Below are positions 8,801 to 17,289 of a stretch of 64,000 bases of DNA, piece after piece. This DNA is from Candidatus Undinarchaeales archaeon (lineage in GTDB: Archaea; SpSt-1190; JASMDC01). The translations under genes and the position numbers were made by a program. Position 1 is the first letter of the stretch, and each line of letters opens with the position of its first letter. The notes under the pieces are model-generated. The model had not been told where the DNA came from, made no database searches, and saw only the letters and a program-made list of their open reading frames with translations. The stretch spans positions 165,467 through 229,466 of the forward strand of contig JASMDC010000001.1 of NCBI GenBank assembly GCA_030753015.1, written 5' to 3'.

Positions 8801-10086
8801 CTCCGCCCAAGGTCGAGAAGGTGACACCCCGTCCCCGTCTACTGGAGCGCCCGCTCTCTCCGCCGAAGGTCGAGAAGGTGGCCCCTCCGAAGCCCCCTCC
8901 TCCCCCTCTGCTGGAGCCTCTGCCGGAACCGATCCCAGAGAAGGTCGCCTTGCCGGAGGCGACGCGTCCGCGCCTGCTGGGGCCCTTACCCCCACCGGGA
9001 TCACGGGAACCCTCCGAACCCGCAATAGGTACGCTCCGCGCTCTTGCGCAGCGGTTCCTGTCCTGGGCCACACCGCCCAAGCCGCCGGCCGCACTCGAGG
9101 CGCTCAGGTCGCGCAGGCTCCCGAGACCGTCGGAGGGACCGGTCACTGTATCAAAGACAGCCCCACCGATAAAGGCCGAGCCACCCCGATCCCCGGCGCC
9201 GCCAATGGGTTCCGGGGCCCTCGAGGCCGTCCTCAAGGCAGTGCTCTTCGACCGCTCGACCAAGAGCCTTGCCGGGAACTGCCTCCTGGCCCGGATGCTC
9301 GTGGACCACAGGCGGACAAGTGGACCCGAGTCAGAGGGCAAGCTAATAGAGCTCAACCAGGTGCTGCTCGTGCTCTCCCGGGGCCCGATCACCGCAACGG
9401 ACCTCGACCGTGTGCTCTGGTCCGAGGGGGCCGGCAGGGCAAGCACCTACCTCGGTGCCTTGGAAGAGGGCGGGTACGTGGAGCATCTCGGGCTGACAGG
9501 CCGATACCTCCTGGCACACAGGGAGCATGAGCGGATGGAGGATTACCTGGACCGTACGGGACTCGGGGAGGACCTTGGGCCTGTACTCGACACCCTCCTT
9601 GCGAAGGTGAGGCCGGGACATGCCCCGGATGCAGCGTCCAAGGTAAAGGCTCGTGGGGCTGTGGCCGACCAGGGACTGAGCGACATCCTGGACACGGAGC
9701 TCGTGGAGGCCATACACCGGCGGGATCCCGACGACCTCAGGGGCGATAGCGTACTGGCGCGAACGCTCGATGACCTGAACCGCGCCGACGATCCCCTGGC
9801 CGCACGCCGGCTCTCAGAGTTCGGGCAGGTGCTGATGGTGCTCTCCCGGGGCCCCATCACATCAGATGACCTCGACCGCGCGCTCTGGTCGTCCGGCGCC
9901 GGCAAGGCATCATCCTATCTGGAGGAGCTGATGGGCTCAGGCCACATCGAGCGGCTCGGGGTGACGGGACGCTACATCCTCGACCTGGACGAGCAGGAGC
10001 ATATCGAGGCCTATCTCAGGCGCACCGGTCTCGGCGACAAGCTGGGACCGCTCCTCGACAGGGTGGCCCGGTCCGGACCGGAGTAA
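5821..10086 (+). CDS. Protein with 7 winged-helix-like repeats (first partial) separated by Pro-rich linkers; no credible start, probably the 3' part of the LamG gene
   Basis: ORF 5752-10086; repeat consensus CLLxxLFxDR...LLxLxRxPxTxxxLDRxLWxEGxG...GYxER...TGRYxL...RTGL...PVLDMML; sensible sequence begins mid-repeat at HRGPRSTKQLNELIW. Confidence 0.75.
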   Translation, partial: HHRGPRSTKQLNELIWRKGKGKCMHFIRALAAKGYVERLGFTGSYRLNADEGMRVSAFLAASGLGTVVEPVIDMMLGGLEDVTREKDVRGVETATSRPRRNRLSILLDQELVETLSQRPPEGLMGDCLLSRLFLQRLQVEDPSLADELVSTYQLLLLLQHGPLLAGEADWLLWEEGVGRGEKLLNGLLERGYLDKEAATGRFFLSPDEKEHDSAYLIRTGLLSVIDPVLDMILGVIERTPAEVEPVVAPTSAAYRHAHRSFANVLEREINRGLARLSAESIEDKCLLGRLFTDRSRTTKAEELQKFAEVYRGVLVLYRTPATAEELDRVLWDEGEGKGASYMDALVAKGYLERRGEPARAFLVPDERRRTMAYLQRTGLEGRLVPVLDMMLRHAGVRQLPVQIVEELTKELPRPPTPPTPTGEPALSSPSAVPTPPTPPAPEDVQFPPSRFKPPKRLIPDRFKPPKAPEEPDRFKPPKGRTLPEVPAPIEVIEPTVVPTPPTPPTVPTPPTPPTVSTPPTPPTVPTPPTPPTVLTPPATEEFPSPPTRFKPPKRPTLDRFKPPKMPSQPDQFKPPKGRALQEALAPAEAVVPVQESRARTRLSLDLDERLLAAVPRLTGDALSDPSLVAKVLADGSKVTDGGLKATLSELVQVLLLLDRGPIAEDDLDQAVWEDSGRAHMCLSALAETGHVERMGRTGRYVLAVDQRRMTGKLLERTGLRDLVNPVLDEMVRRVRERPRPKVKAPPRETVQKEKKDVPLPEKVVREVARLVAANTYANIIERELNRALTKLPLKALKGECLLSKLFRERISATDVESMCKLAEVYRVHLVIYRTPVTADQLDRVLWGEGAGKGVYYLEALKLKGYAERDENGRYAMLPEEREAIGSFLDRTGLDERLVPVVDMMLGHSGMRPAPAITRPAKVVAPPKPPRPRKLPSPPKPPRPKDVIPPPEKKVVQPSKPPRPRLLERPPSPPKVEKVTPSKVLRPRLLERPPSPPKVEKVTPRPRLLERPLSPPKVEKVAPPKPPPPPLLEPLPEPIPEKVALPEATRPRLLGPLPPPGSREPSEPAIGTLRALAQRFLSWATPPKPPAALEALRSRRLPRPSEGPVTVSKTAPPIKAEPPRSPAPPMGSGALEAVLKAVLFDRSTKSLAGNCLLARMLVDHRRTSGPESEGKLIELNQVLLVLSRGPITATDLDRVLWSEGAGRASTYLGALEEGGYVEHLGLTGRYLLAHREHERMEDYLDRTGLGEDLGPVLDTLLAKVRPGHAPDAASKVKARGAVADQGLSDILDTELVEAIHRRDPDDLRGDSVLARTLDDLNRADDPLAARRLSEFGQVLMVLSRGPITSDDLDRALWSSGAGKASSYLEELMGSGHIERLGVTGRYILDLDEQEHIEAYLRRTGLGDKLGPLLDRVARSGPE
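7300..7435 (+). repeat. 27-bp tandem repeat encoding (PTVPTPPTP)n
   Basis: About 4-5 copies of ccgaccgtgcc[ag]ac[ag]ccacc[tc]acccc[ag]. Confidence 0.85.
8700..8885 (+). repeat. Three copies of a ~50-bp unit encoding RPRLLERPPSPPKVEKV
   Basis: cgtccccgtct[ga]ctggagcgccc...aaggtcgagaaggt at about 8704, 8773 and 8830. Confidence 0.85.
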
Positions 10087-10139
10087 AGCGCCCGGTCCAT
10101 GGGCAATGATTTATAGCGTTTAGCCCCCGGGGCGGGTAC

Positions 10140-11642
10140 GTGAGAACTGTCGACTGGGACCGGCACTACGATGAAATGCTGCTGGGGGCACCGATCAAGA
10201 CGCTCCTGAAGCCCGATGACTTCCTTGGCCGTCTGGCAGGGCTGGAGAATCCGGTGTACGCACCTCTCATCGATACTATTTCCGCCTGGGGCCCGCGGAC
10301 GTACGAGGCAAAGCGGGATGAGTACGTGCGATCGCTGGTCGCCAACGACGTCATCTTCGGCAACGCGTCCATTGGCCTTGAGGAGACGGTCATCAACTCG
10401 AGCTTCATCCCGCGCATCGTGCCCAGCTCCTATGTCGAGAGCGAGCAGCGATGCATCCGGGCGATCATCGAGGCGTTCATCAATCTGGTGCACACGCCCG
10501 AGATCCTGAGAAAGATCTCCTACCTGCCCGAGTACAAGGCACTGGACGCCCTGGGCATCATGGACGCCATCAGCGTCGATACTACCGAGAGCAGCGTGCT
10601 GCGCATCGATAAGGCCGTTGTATCCGCCCCGGGCCCCCTCTACAGCACTCCTGCCAAGACCTACGAGCTCAACTGGTGGGGCGCTGCGGGGCAGTGGCTC
10701 GTCGGCCAGCTCGAGCGGGTGTCGTTCGAGACCTTCGGTCTCGAGGGCAAGGTCCGCAATCTCTCCTTCGGCGCGCTCAAGGCCCAGGCTGACGTGTTCC
10801 GGGCCGAGAGCGGTAAGAAACGTCCCACGGTCATCATGACCGTGTCCGATGAGAGCTACAATCCCAACGAGCACGCCAACTGGGCCGGGACCATGCGAAG
10901 CTTCGGCGTCGACGCTCACACCGTCAAGGAGGGCGAGCTCGCCTCAATTCTCACGTTCAAGGGGAGCGAGGTGTCCATGCACACCGAAGAGGGCGACACG
11001 ACGGTCGACGTCTTCTACCTGCGCAACCAGCCGGACGCCAGCACCTGGAACCATCCGGTCATCGACCGCATCCTCCGCGCATCGGTCAAGGGCGACATAG
11101 TCGTCCAGGAACCGCCGTGGACCGCGCTCTTCGAGGCCCGCGAGGCCATCGGTCTCGCTCTTGAGCACGCTGACAGCCTCACCTCCAGCTCGGAGGACGC
11201 CGAGCTCGTCCGCGCCGCCATGCCCGTCACCACGCAACTGCGGGGTCACGTCGACAAGGTGCGCGCCCGGGCGGACGACTTCATCCTGAAGTCGAACGCA
11301 GTCCACGGAGGGAGGAGCCTGCGTCTGACACGCGCAGAGGTGCTCAAGTCGCTGGAGGAGTTCCCCAGCATGGCCCCGGACGAGGCGGATGCGCTCATAG
11401 TCCAGGAGAAGATTTTCCCCAGCACCATGCCGACCGACACGGTGAGCCCGCAGAAGGACGAGCGGCGCAAGGGCAAGCTCGTAATCACCTCGGACCTGCT
11501 GGACTTCGATCCCTACGTGCACTGGGAGTGGCGCAATGGGAAGGTCACTGCCAAGATCGTCGAGGTGCTCACGCGTGCCGGCTTCCCATCCAACGTCCAG
11601 GGTGGTGGTGGTATCATCCCCGTGTTCCTGACAAAGAGCTAG
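10140..11642 (+). CDS. Circularly permuted ATP-grasp ligase-like protein (glutathione synthetase/GspS-type fold)
   Basis: VDVFYLR, FILKSNAVHGG, IVQEKI and C-terminal SNVQGGGGIIPV motifs; TTTATA at ~10110. Confidence 0.6.
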   Translation: MRTVDWDRHYDEMLLGAPIKTLLKPDDFLGRLAGLENPVYAPLIDTISAWGPRTYEAKRDEYVRSLVANDVIFGNASIGLEETVINSSFIPRIVPSSYVESEQRCIRAIIEAFINLVHTPEILRKISYLPEYKALDALGIMDAISVDTTESSVLRIDKAVVSAPGPLYSTPAKTYELNWWGAAGQWLVGQLERVSFETFGLEGKVRNLSFGALKAQADVFRAESGKKRPTVIMTVSDESYNPNEHANWAGTMRSFGVDAHTVKEGELASILTFKGSEVSMHTEEGDTTVDVFYLRNQPDASTWNHPVIDRILRASVKGDIVVQEPPWTALFEAREAIGLALEHADSLTSSSEDAELVRAAMPVTTQLRGHVDKVRARADDFILKSNAVHGGRSLRLTRAEVLKSLEEFPSMAPDEADALIVQEKIFPSTMPTDTVSPQKDERRKGKLVITSDLLDFDPYVHWEWRNGKVTAKIVEVLTRAGFPSNVQGGGGIIPVFLTKS

Positions 11643-12532
11643 CTATCGAGGCATCCTGCGGGAAGCGGTATGCCCTGGCGGGCGCACTCCTCTGTGATGA
11701 GCTCCTTTAGCCGCTCCACGGTCCCTTCCCTGAGCTCGGGATCGAACGACGCACCTGCAGCGTACGGATGACCGCCACCGCCAAGGGCCGAGGCCACACG
11801 GCTGCAGTCGAAAGGCACGTCACGGTCCGGATTGGTGCCGAAGGAGAGACGGCCCCGGCCGTCCGTATGCGTCGTCACGGTGATCACCAGATCGATACCC
11901 TGCTCGTAGAGGGCCAGCTCGGCCACCTTGGACGAGTACCGCTTCCGATCGGGTACGTCGACGAGGGCGATCCGCCCGTCGCAGACGGTGACACAGTCGC
12001 CGTTCTCCAGAAGCTTCAGGGTGGGCGCCTCCCGCTCCTCGGTGAACCGGCGCAGGCGCTTGAGGAACGTGGCGTCGGTGAACACCGCGTCCATCCCCTC
12101 GTCCCGGACCAGCCGGAGGATGTGCAGGAGGAACCTGCTGTCCTGGCGGTACTCTAGAGCGAAGGTGAGCCTACGCACGTCTGGTAGTTCCATCCGGAAC
12201 TGGTCGGTTGCACGGGCGAGCTCCAGGATACGGTCCACCCGCGGTCCTGCAAGCTCGTAGTAGCGCGCGACCACCACGGCCGCACAGGGTGCCGTGGGGT
12301 CCAACTCACCCTCGTAGGTGATGCCCTGCACACGCCCGGTCTGTGACGCGTGATGGTCGAGCCACACCGATGCTTTTGGCGTGTAAGGGAGGTCGACGAC
12401 GATGTCGCCCTCTTCCGCCACCTCGTCCACCGTATCGGGTCGGGTGAACACCACGTCGTCGATGCTCGTGGCCATGGACACCAAGGCGGCCGAGGCAAGG
12501 CCGTCGAAGTCCGTGTGCGCGACGATCCTCAC
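11639..12532 (-). CDS. DHH/DHHA1 family phosphoesterase
   Basis: HTDFDG, VVDLP, LDHH and GGGGHPYAAG motifs. Confidence 0.9.
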   Translation of the reverse strand: MRIVAHTDFDGLASAALVSMATSIDDVVFTRPDTVDEVAEEGDIVVDLPYTPKASVWLDHHASQTGRVQGITYEGELDPTAPCAAVVVARYYELAGPRVDRILELARATDQFRMELPDVRRLTFALEYRQDSRFLLHILRLVRDEGMDAVFTDATFLKRLRRFTEEREAPTLKLLENGDCVTVCDGRIALVDVPDRKRYSSKVAELALYEQGIDLVITVTTHTDGRGRLSFGTNPDRDVPFDCSRVASALGGGGHPYAAGASFDPELREGTVERLKELITEECARQGIPLPAGCLDS

Positions 12533-13293
12533 TTGAGCACGCCCTCGTCACCAGCCTCGTGCAGGCGGACGGCGGCCTCCAGAGCGCAGGTGATGGCGTT
12601 GTTGGTGCCCGGAGTAGTGTCGATGTCCGAGAACGGCTCGCCCTCGGCGGTCTCGCCCACGGCCACGAGCACGGTGCCCGCCTTGCATCCGCGGATCTGG
12701 GCGACCACGAAGATCGACGCTGACTCCATGGAGGTGGCCAGCACGCCGGCCTTCTTCCAGAATTCCCACTTCTTCTCTAGGTCGACACCGATGGGTATGT
12801 CAGCGGGCTCCTCGATGTAGAATGCGTCCTTGACATGCGCCAGGCCGATGTGGTACTGGTAGCCCTTGTCCCGGGCGGAGAGCCGGAGTGCGTCCATGAC
12901 GTCGATGTCGGCCACGGCGGGAAAAGAGATGGGCACGTACTGGCGGCTGGTCCCGTCCTCGCGAACGGCCCCGCTGACTACGACCAGGTCGTTGAGCTTG
13001 ACGTGCGGCTGGAGCGAGCCGGCGGTGCCCACCCGGATGAATGTGTCGGCGCCCACCTGGATGAGCTCTTCCACGGCTATGGCAGCCGACGGCCCGCCGA
13101 TGCCCGTGGACGTTACGCCGATCGGTACTCCCTTATAGCTGCCCACGAAGGTGGTGAACTCGCGGTTCTGGGCCAGCTTGCGCGGATTGTCGAAGAACTT
13201 GGAGATGTACTCAGCACGAGCGGGATCGCCGGGAAGGAGCATGATCTTGGGGACGTCGCCCTTGTTCAGCCCGATGTGATAGGTGTCGGCCAT
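12529..13293 (-). CDS. udp: Uridine phosphorylase
   Basis: YHIGL, LLPGDPARA, REF, STGIGGPSAAIAVEEL, IRVGTAGS and SMES motifs. Confidence 0.9.
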   Translation of the reverse strand: MADTYHIGLNKGDVPKIMLLPGDPARAEYISKFFDNPRKLAQNREFTTFVGSYKGVPIGVTSTGIGGPSAAIAVEELIQVGADTFIRVGTAGSLQPHVKLNDLVVVSGAVREDGTSRQYVPISFPAVADIDVMDALRLSARDKGYQYHIGLAHVKDAFYIEEPADIPIGVDLEKKWEFWKKAGVLATSMESASIFVVAQIRGCKAGTVLVAVGETAEGEPFSDIDTTPGTNNAITCALEAAVRLHEAGDEGVLK

Positions 13294-13505
13294 GGGGGGC
13301 TTGGGGACGGTACAGTTTGATATAGGTTACGACTACGGGAGGGGCGGCTCCTGTGCAGATGATGCCTCGAACACAGCGAGGTCGATGACGAGTTCACTGG
13401 ATACAAGCTTGAGATTCATAATGATAGGGTAAGCAGTTAGGGCCTGTAAACTGATTACTATATCATTTAGAATTCGTCAACAATCCAGACACCAGAAATG
13501 ACATC

Positions 13506-13652
13506 GCATAACCACTATTATCGCGTCGTGGTGGAAATTCGGTAATTCGGATATCCACATGGGCGTTATTCAGGCTGAGGGGGCGACAACGTAGGTGTGC
13601 CTCTTACAGTCATTTGGAAGGAAAAGCGACGTCGGATAACCCCTTGTTATAC
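13506..13652 (+). mobile_element. attC-like recombination site 1 (possibly a hybrid site)
   Basis: GCATAAC at 13506 and GTTATAC at 13646; arms TTATCGCGTCG and CGACGTCGGATAA are imperfectly complementary. Confidence 0.6.
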
Positions 13653-13712
13653 GGCGTTGGCGTTCTTGGTAAAGAAGGTTATTTAGCTTAGGCTTGTCAT
13701 TTCTGTATACAC

Positions 13713-14690
13713 ATGCCCTTTGCCAGTCCATTGAGTTCCCTACTTGCTATAGGGCTTATTGCATTTGTATGGATTGTGCTCTCGTGGGAGATAGTTTTCA
13801 TATTTCTTACAATAATGAGAAAGATTCCAGGAAAGCTGCTCAAAGATCATTTCAAAGAGGAAAAATACCGAAAGCTCATCTCTTCAAAACCAGCTTGGTT
13901 GATGCACATTCTCTTCATCTTTGTAATTATTTGTCTTTTCTGGGGCTATCTTGTAGAACCCTATCGTTTACATATTGAAAGAATTCAAGTTGAAACGAAG
14001 AAGATAGCAGCTGGGAGTACCGTCCGAATCGTACATTTAACAGACTCTCATTCCGTTGGAAGAGTCCGCAACGAAGCAAAGGTGACGGAGCTTGTTACAT
14101 CCTTGAATCCAGATATCGTCGTCTTTACAGGGGATGTACTCTCTGCTCCCGAAGGGCTTCCCATGTTCAAGGAAATGATGAAACCATTGTCTGCGCAAGG
14201 CGGAATCTTTGGAGTCAAAGGGAATTGGGATGAATGGTACTGGAATGAAATGGACCTCTTTGGGGGGACTCCAATAAAGGAACTGAAATCGGACCATGTC
14301 AATGTTACAATAAGGAATCAGACGATCTCTGTAATTGGAATTGGATTCGGACGTGAGATGTTATTGGAAGAATCAATTGAAGGAATCCACGAAGAACAGT
14401 ATAAGATCCTTCTGTATCACAAGCCCGATGAGATAAAGAATGCAAGAGATCTTGGAATAGACCTCTATCTCACAGGTCATACTCATGGGGGTCAGATAAG
14501 ATTGCCATTCTATGGGGCAATGATGACGCTATCGGATTATGGTAAGAAGTACGAATCGGGGTTATTCAGAGAAGGAGATACAACAATGTATGTTTCTCGA
14601 GGGATTGGTACAGAGGATGATGGTCTACTTCGAGCTAGGTTCCTTTGCCCACCAGAGATTACGTACATAGAAATAATTGGTACGGGTTAA
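13713..14690 (+). CDS. Membrane-anchored metallophosphoesterase (YkuE/YaeI-like), carried as a gene cassette
   Basis: Two N-terminal TM segments; DSH, GD, GNWD, LLYHKP, GHTHGGQ and SRGIG motifs; markedly lower GC than the flanks. Confidence 0.9.
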   Translation: MPFASPLSSLLAIGLIAFVWIVLSWEIVFIFLTIMRKIPGKLLKDHFKEEKYRKLISSKPAWLMHILFIFVIICLFWGYLVEPYRLHIERIQVETKKIAAGSTVRIVHLTDSHSVGRVRNEAKVTELVTSLNPDIVVFTGDVLSAPEGLPMFKEMMKPLSAQGGIFGVKGNWDEWYWNEMDLFGGTPIKELKSDHVNVTIRNQTISVIGIGFGREMLLEESIEGIHEEQYKILLYHKPDEIKNARDLGIDLYLTGHTHGGQIRLPFYGAMMTLSDYGKKYESGLFREGDTTMYVSRGIGTEDDGLLRARFLCPPEITYIEIIGTG

Positions 14691-14703
14691 ATACGTCAAT
14701 GCC

Positions 14704-14846
14704 GTATAACGGTCCGGTGCCATCCGACGCGCCGACGTCTAGCGAAGGAGAGCGAGGTTCAAATCTGTCCCACTCAAGTAGATCGTCGGCGTGTTGGCGG
14801 AGGGCCGACGGGACGGAGGCCCGGAGCCGGATGCATTGAGTTATAC
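14704..14846 (+). mobile_element. attC recombination site 2
   Basis: R'' GTATAAC at 14704, R' GTTATAC at 14840, inner arms TGCATCCG and CGGATGCA, GC-rich palindromic interior, starts 14 bp after the cassette ORF stop. Confidence 0.85.
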
Positions 14847-14909
14847 GCCGTTGTCCTTTGGTTTTATTAATGTGAATTGAGTTAACTACATAGAAGGGGA
14901 ATCAATAAG

Positions 14910-15116
14910 ATGTATGGTTGGAACTTATCAGATATTCGATGGTGGGGAGGAAAGGTCGATTATCTTACTAAACTCTTCCTTGGAGTTCTTTTATTTGATA
15001 TGGCTCATGTATTAGTTTACAATAGAACGCATTTCTTATTGGATATAATATTAGTTATCTTACCTGTGATTATTGGGTTAATATCATCATGGCAGTTGGA
15101 ACAAATTACTACTTAG
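14910..15116 (+). CDS. Small two-TM hypothetical protein, gene cassette 2
   Basis: 68-aa AT-rich ORF with GAAGGGG RBS-like site, lying between GTTATAC (14840) and GTATAAC (15144). Confidence 0.65.
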   Translation: MYGWNLSDIRWWGGKVDYLTKLFLGVLLFDMAHVLVYNRTHFLLDIILVILPVIIGLISSWQLEQITT

Positions 15117-15133
15117 GGATATTATATACGAGT

Positions 15134-15165
15134 GGACAATAGCGTATAACTACCTATATCTGCCC
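15134..15165 (+). mobile_element. Truncated third att site: R'' box followed by an inverted attI-like simple site
   Basis: GGACAATAGCGTATAAC complements the start of cassette 2 at 15/17 positions; the minus strand reads CAGATAT-AGGTA-GTTATAC; no partner arm found nearby. Confidence 0.55.
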
Positions 15166-15258
15166 TTTTTGTTCCGATGAAGTGTCCTTCGTCCTTAGTC
15201 GTGTATCGCCCCTGATGCGCTCTAGGTATCTTCACTTTCCGAGATCATTGCAGATGAG

Positions 15259-16866
15259 TCAAGTTTTCGGAGCCCGTTTCGAAAGCATCGCCCCATCGAT
15301 GATCTTCCCGATCTCGCGGTCCACGTCCCTGAAGGCGCGTGCGAGTGGTCGAGGGATCGGGTCGTCGGGCTCCATCGCTGCAAAACCCGGACCGAACACG
15401 CGCGCATTCATCTTGGTGAAGAACATCGACACCTTCATTCCGTACGGCGTGAGGAGGTAGCTGTTTGTGTGGGGCACACGCCAGATGATACCCTTCAAGC
15501 GGAGCCGACGCAGGTCGTACGTCATCTGGCCGCTCAAGTAGGTCGTATGTCCATCATCAAGTAGGTCAGCCATCCCCATGCGCAGGTCCTTATGGGTGAA
15601 GCCGTGCGCTGCATGCAGGAACAAGGTGAGCGTCAGGAAGAGGCACATCACGCGCTTGTCACCAAAGCGCAGGCCTGACGCCCGTCGACCGTCTTCCGTG
15701 ACGGTGGGCTGCACCACACGTTCCACGCCCTCCTGCGAGAGGGCACAGTCCTGGCTGACGCGCTCGACGTCAAGTAGACGCCGGTTCGTCATACGACCGA
15801 TCTTCTGGAGATAGGGAAGGTTGTCGAGTCCCTTGTTCACCCTGAAGTCCTTCGGGTTGTTGATGGTGGTCTCCGTGCGAAGAGCACGGTTCTCCTTGAA
15901 ATACTGCTTGACTTGGTTCCTCTTGTAGTTGAAGTGGAGGCTGGGATGGACGCCCTGATTGATGACCCTGGTCCGGAACTTCCCGGGAGTGGCCTTCGTG
16001 ATGCGGCGGTCGAACACAACACTGATGCCGTCGGGCCTCCCCAGATCGATGTTCTCCCTTATGACGCCCTCAAAGAACCGTCTCCCGTTCTGGGGACGGT
16101 CGAAGACCTGGGTGCGGCTTACCTCCATTTGCCAGATGGAAAGCTTGTGACCGTACCCCGCTTCGATGCTCTCGTCACTCAATGGCCAGGGAAGACGTTC
16201 CCGCCATCGGGTGAAGAACTCCCTGATCTGCGTGGGACCGAGCCGGTCACAGATCTCTTGTAGCCTTTCGGGGTCGGTGCAGGAGCGGAAGCCGTTGTCC
16301 AGCGGCTCGAAGGGGATGCCCTCCTTCCGTAGTTGCTGCTTGGCCCACTCATGGCCGTTCAGGCAGACCTTGACCGGGAAGGGGACATAGGTGCAGACCT
16401 TGATGAACCCGGGACCGAACTCCTTGTCCTTGATGTAGAAATAGATGTGGTTGACATTGGCTGGCTGACGAGAGAGATCAAAGTAAACACGGCCCTTCTT
16501 CACCTTCTTGTACCCCTTGAAGGCTATCGCCCGCTCCTGGGCTATGCCGATGAAGACGACACCCTCCTCCTTATCGAACTTCTTGAGGTACTTGGCGGCG
16601 ATGTCGTCCTTGCGTTCACCACGCTTGAAGTGGATGATGGGGGTGTAGTTATCTCGTGCGAAGAGCTCGACGCGTGCCTTGAAGGTCGTCGTCATCTTCT
16701 TGAACAACGCAGGTGAGGGAATGGGATAGCCACGCTCACGAAGGTAGTAGACGAGTTGTCCGGATGTCTGGAGTGTGGGGATGTAGCCGTTCAGGTAGAT
16801 CCTGTCCATGCACTCGATGTCGAGCGTCACATGCTTGGAAAGGAGTTCGTTGATATTGACGGCCAT
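15259..16866 (-). mobile_element. Putative mobile-element protein (Rep/transposase-like, C-terminal winged helix)
   Basis: 535 aa, basic; DRIYLNGY, KQYFKENRALRTETTIN and MTYDLRRLRLKGII...YLLT motifs; no DDE triad recognised; sits at the cassette-array boundary. Confidence 0.6.
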
Positions 16867-17289
16867 CAGTAGTGATGAGGCTCCTGAGAGTTATCCCTCT
16901 TTCCATGAGGATGACTAGCCTTTGTTATGCCATTGATTCACTCGACGGTTTGAGGCGAAGCTTCGCTAGTATACGAAAGAACAGTCATACTCCAGTAGTC
17001 CGATAAAATCTCAGCAACGTCTTTATCACGAACTCGATGTCCGATATAAGTCCATGTCGCATTTTTATCCGAACGTCCGAGATGACGGACCCGGTCCTCG
17101 TCATGTATCCGACTTGCGGTTCGGATATCACAGGTCCCTTATAGACCCGATCCATCCGCTCCGAAACCCTTATACCTTCACGCCGTCTACTTCTTTATCG
17201 AGGCGGATGACCGCACATCGATGTAAGAGCCTAACCGGGCTATGACAGGACCTAGGGTAGGAGACGCCTCGCTTCCTTCTGTCAGAGGC

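Noticed and set aside
14750-14775. GGTTCAAATC resembling a tRNA T-loop
   Set aside because: No acceptor, D or anticodon stems can be built; it lies inside the attC palindrome
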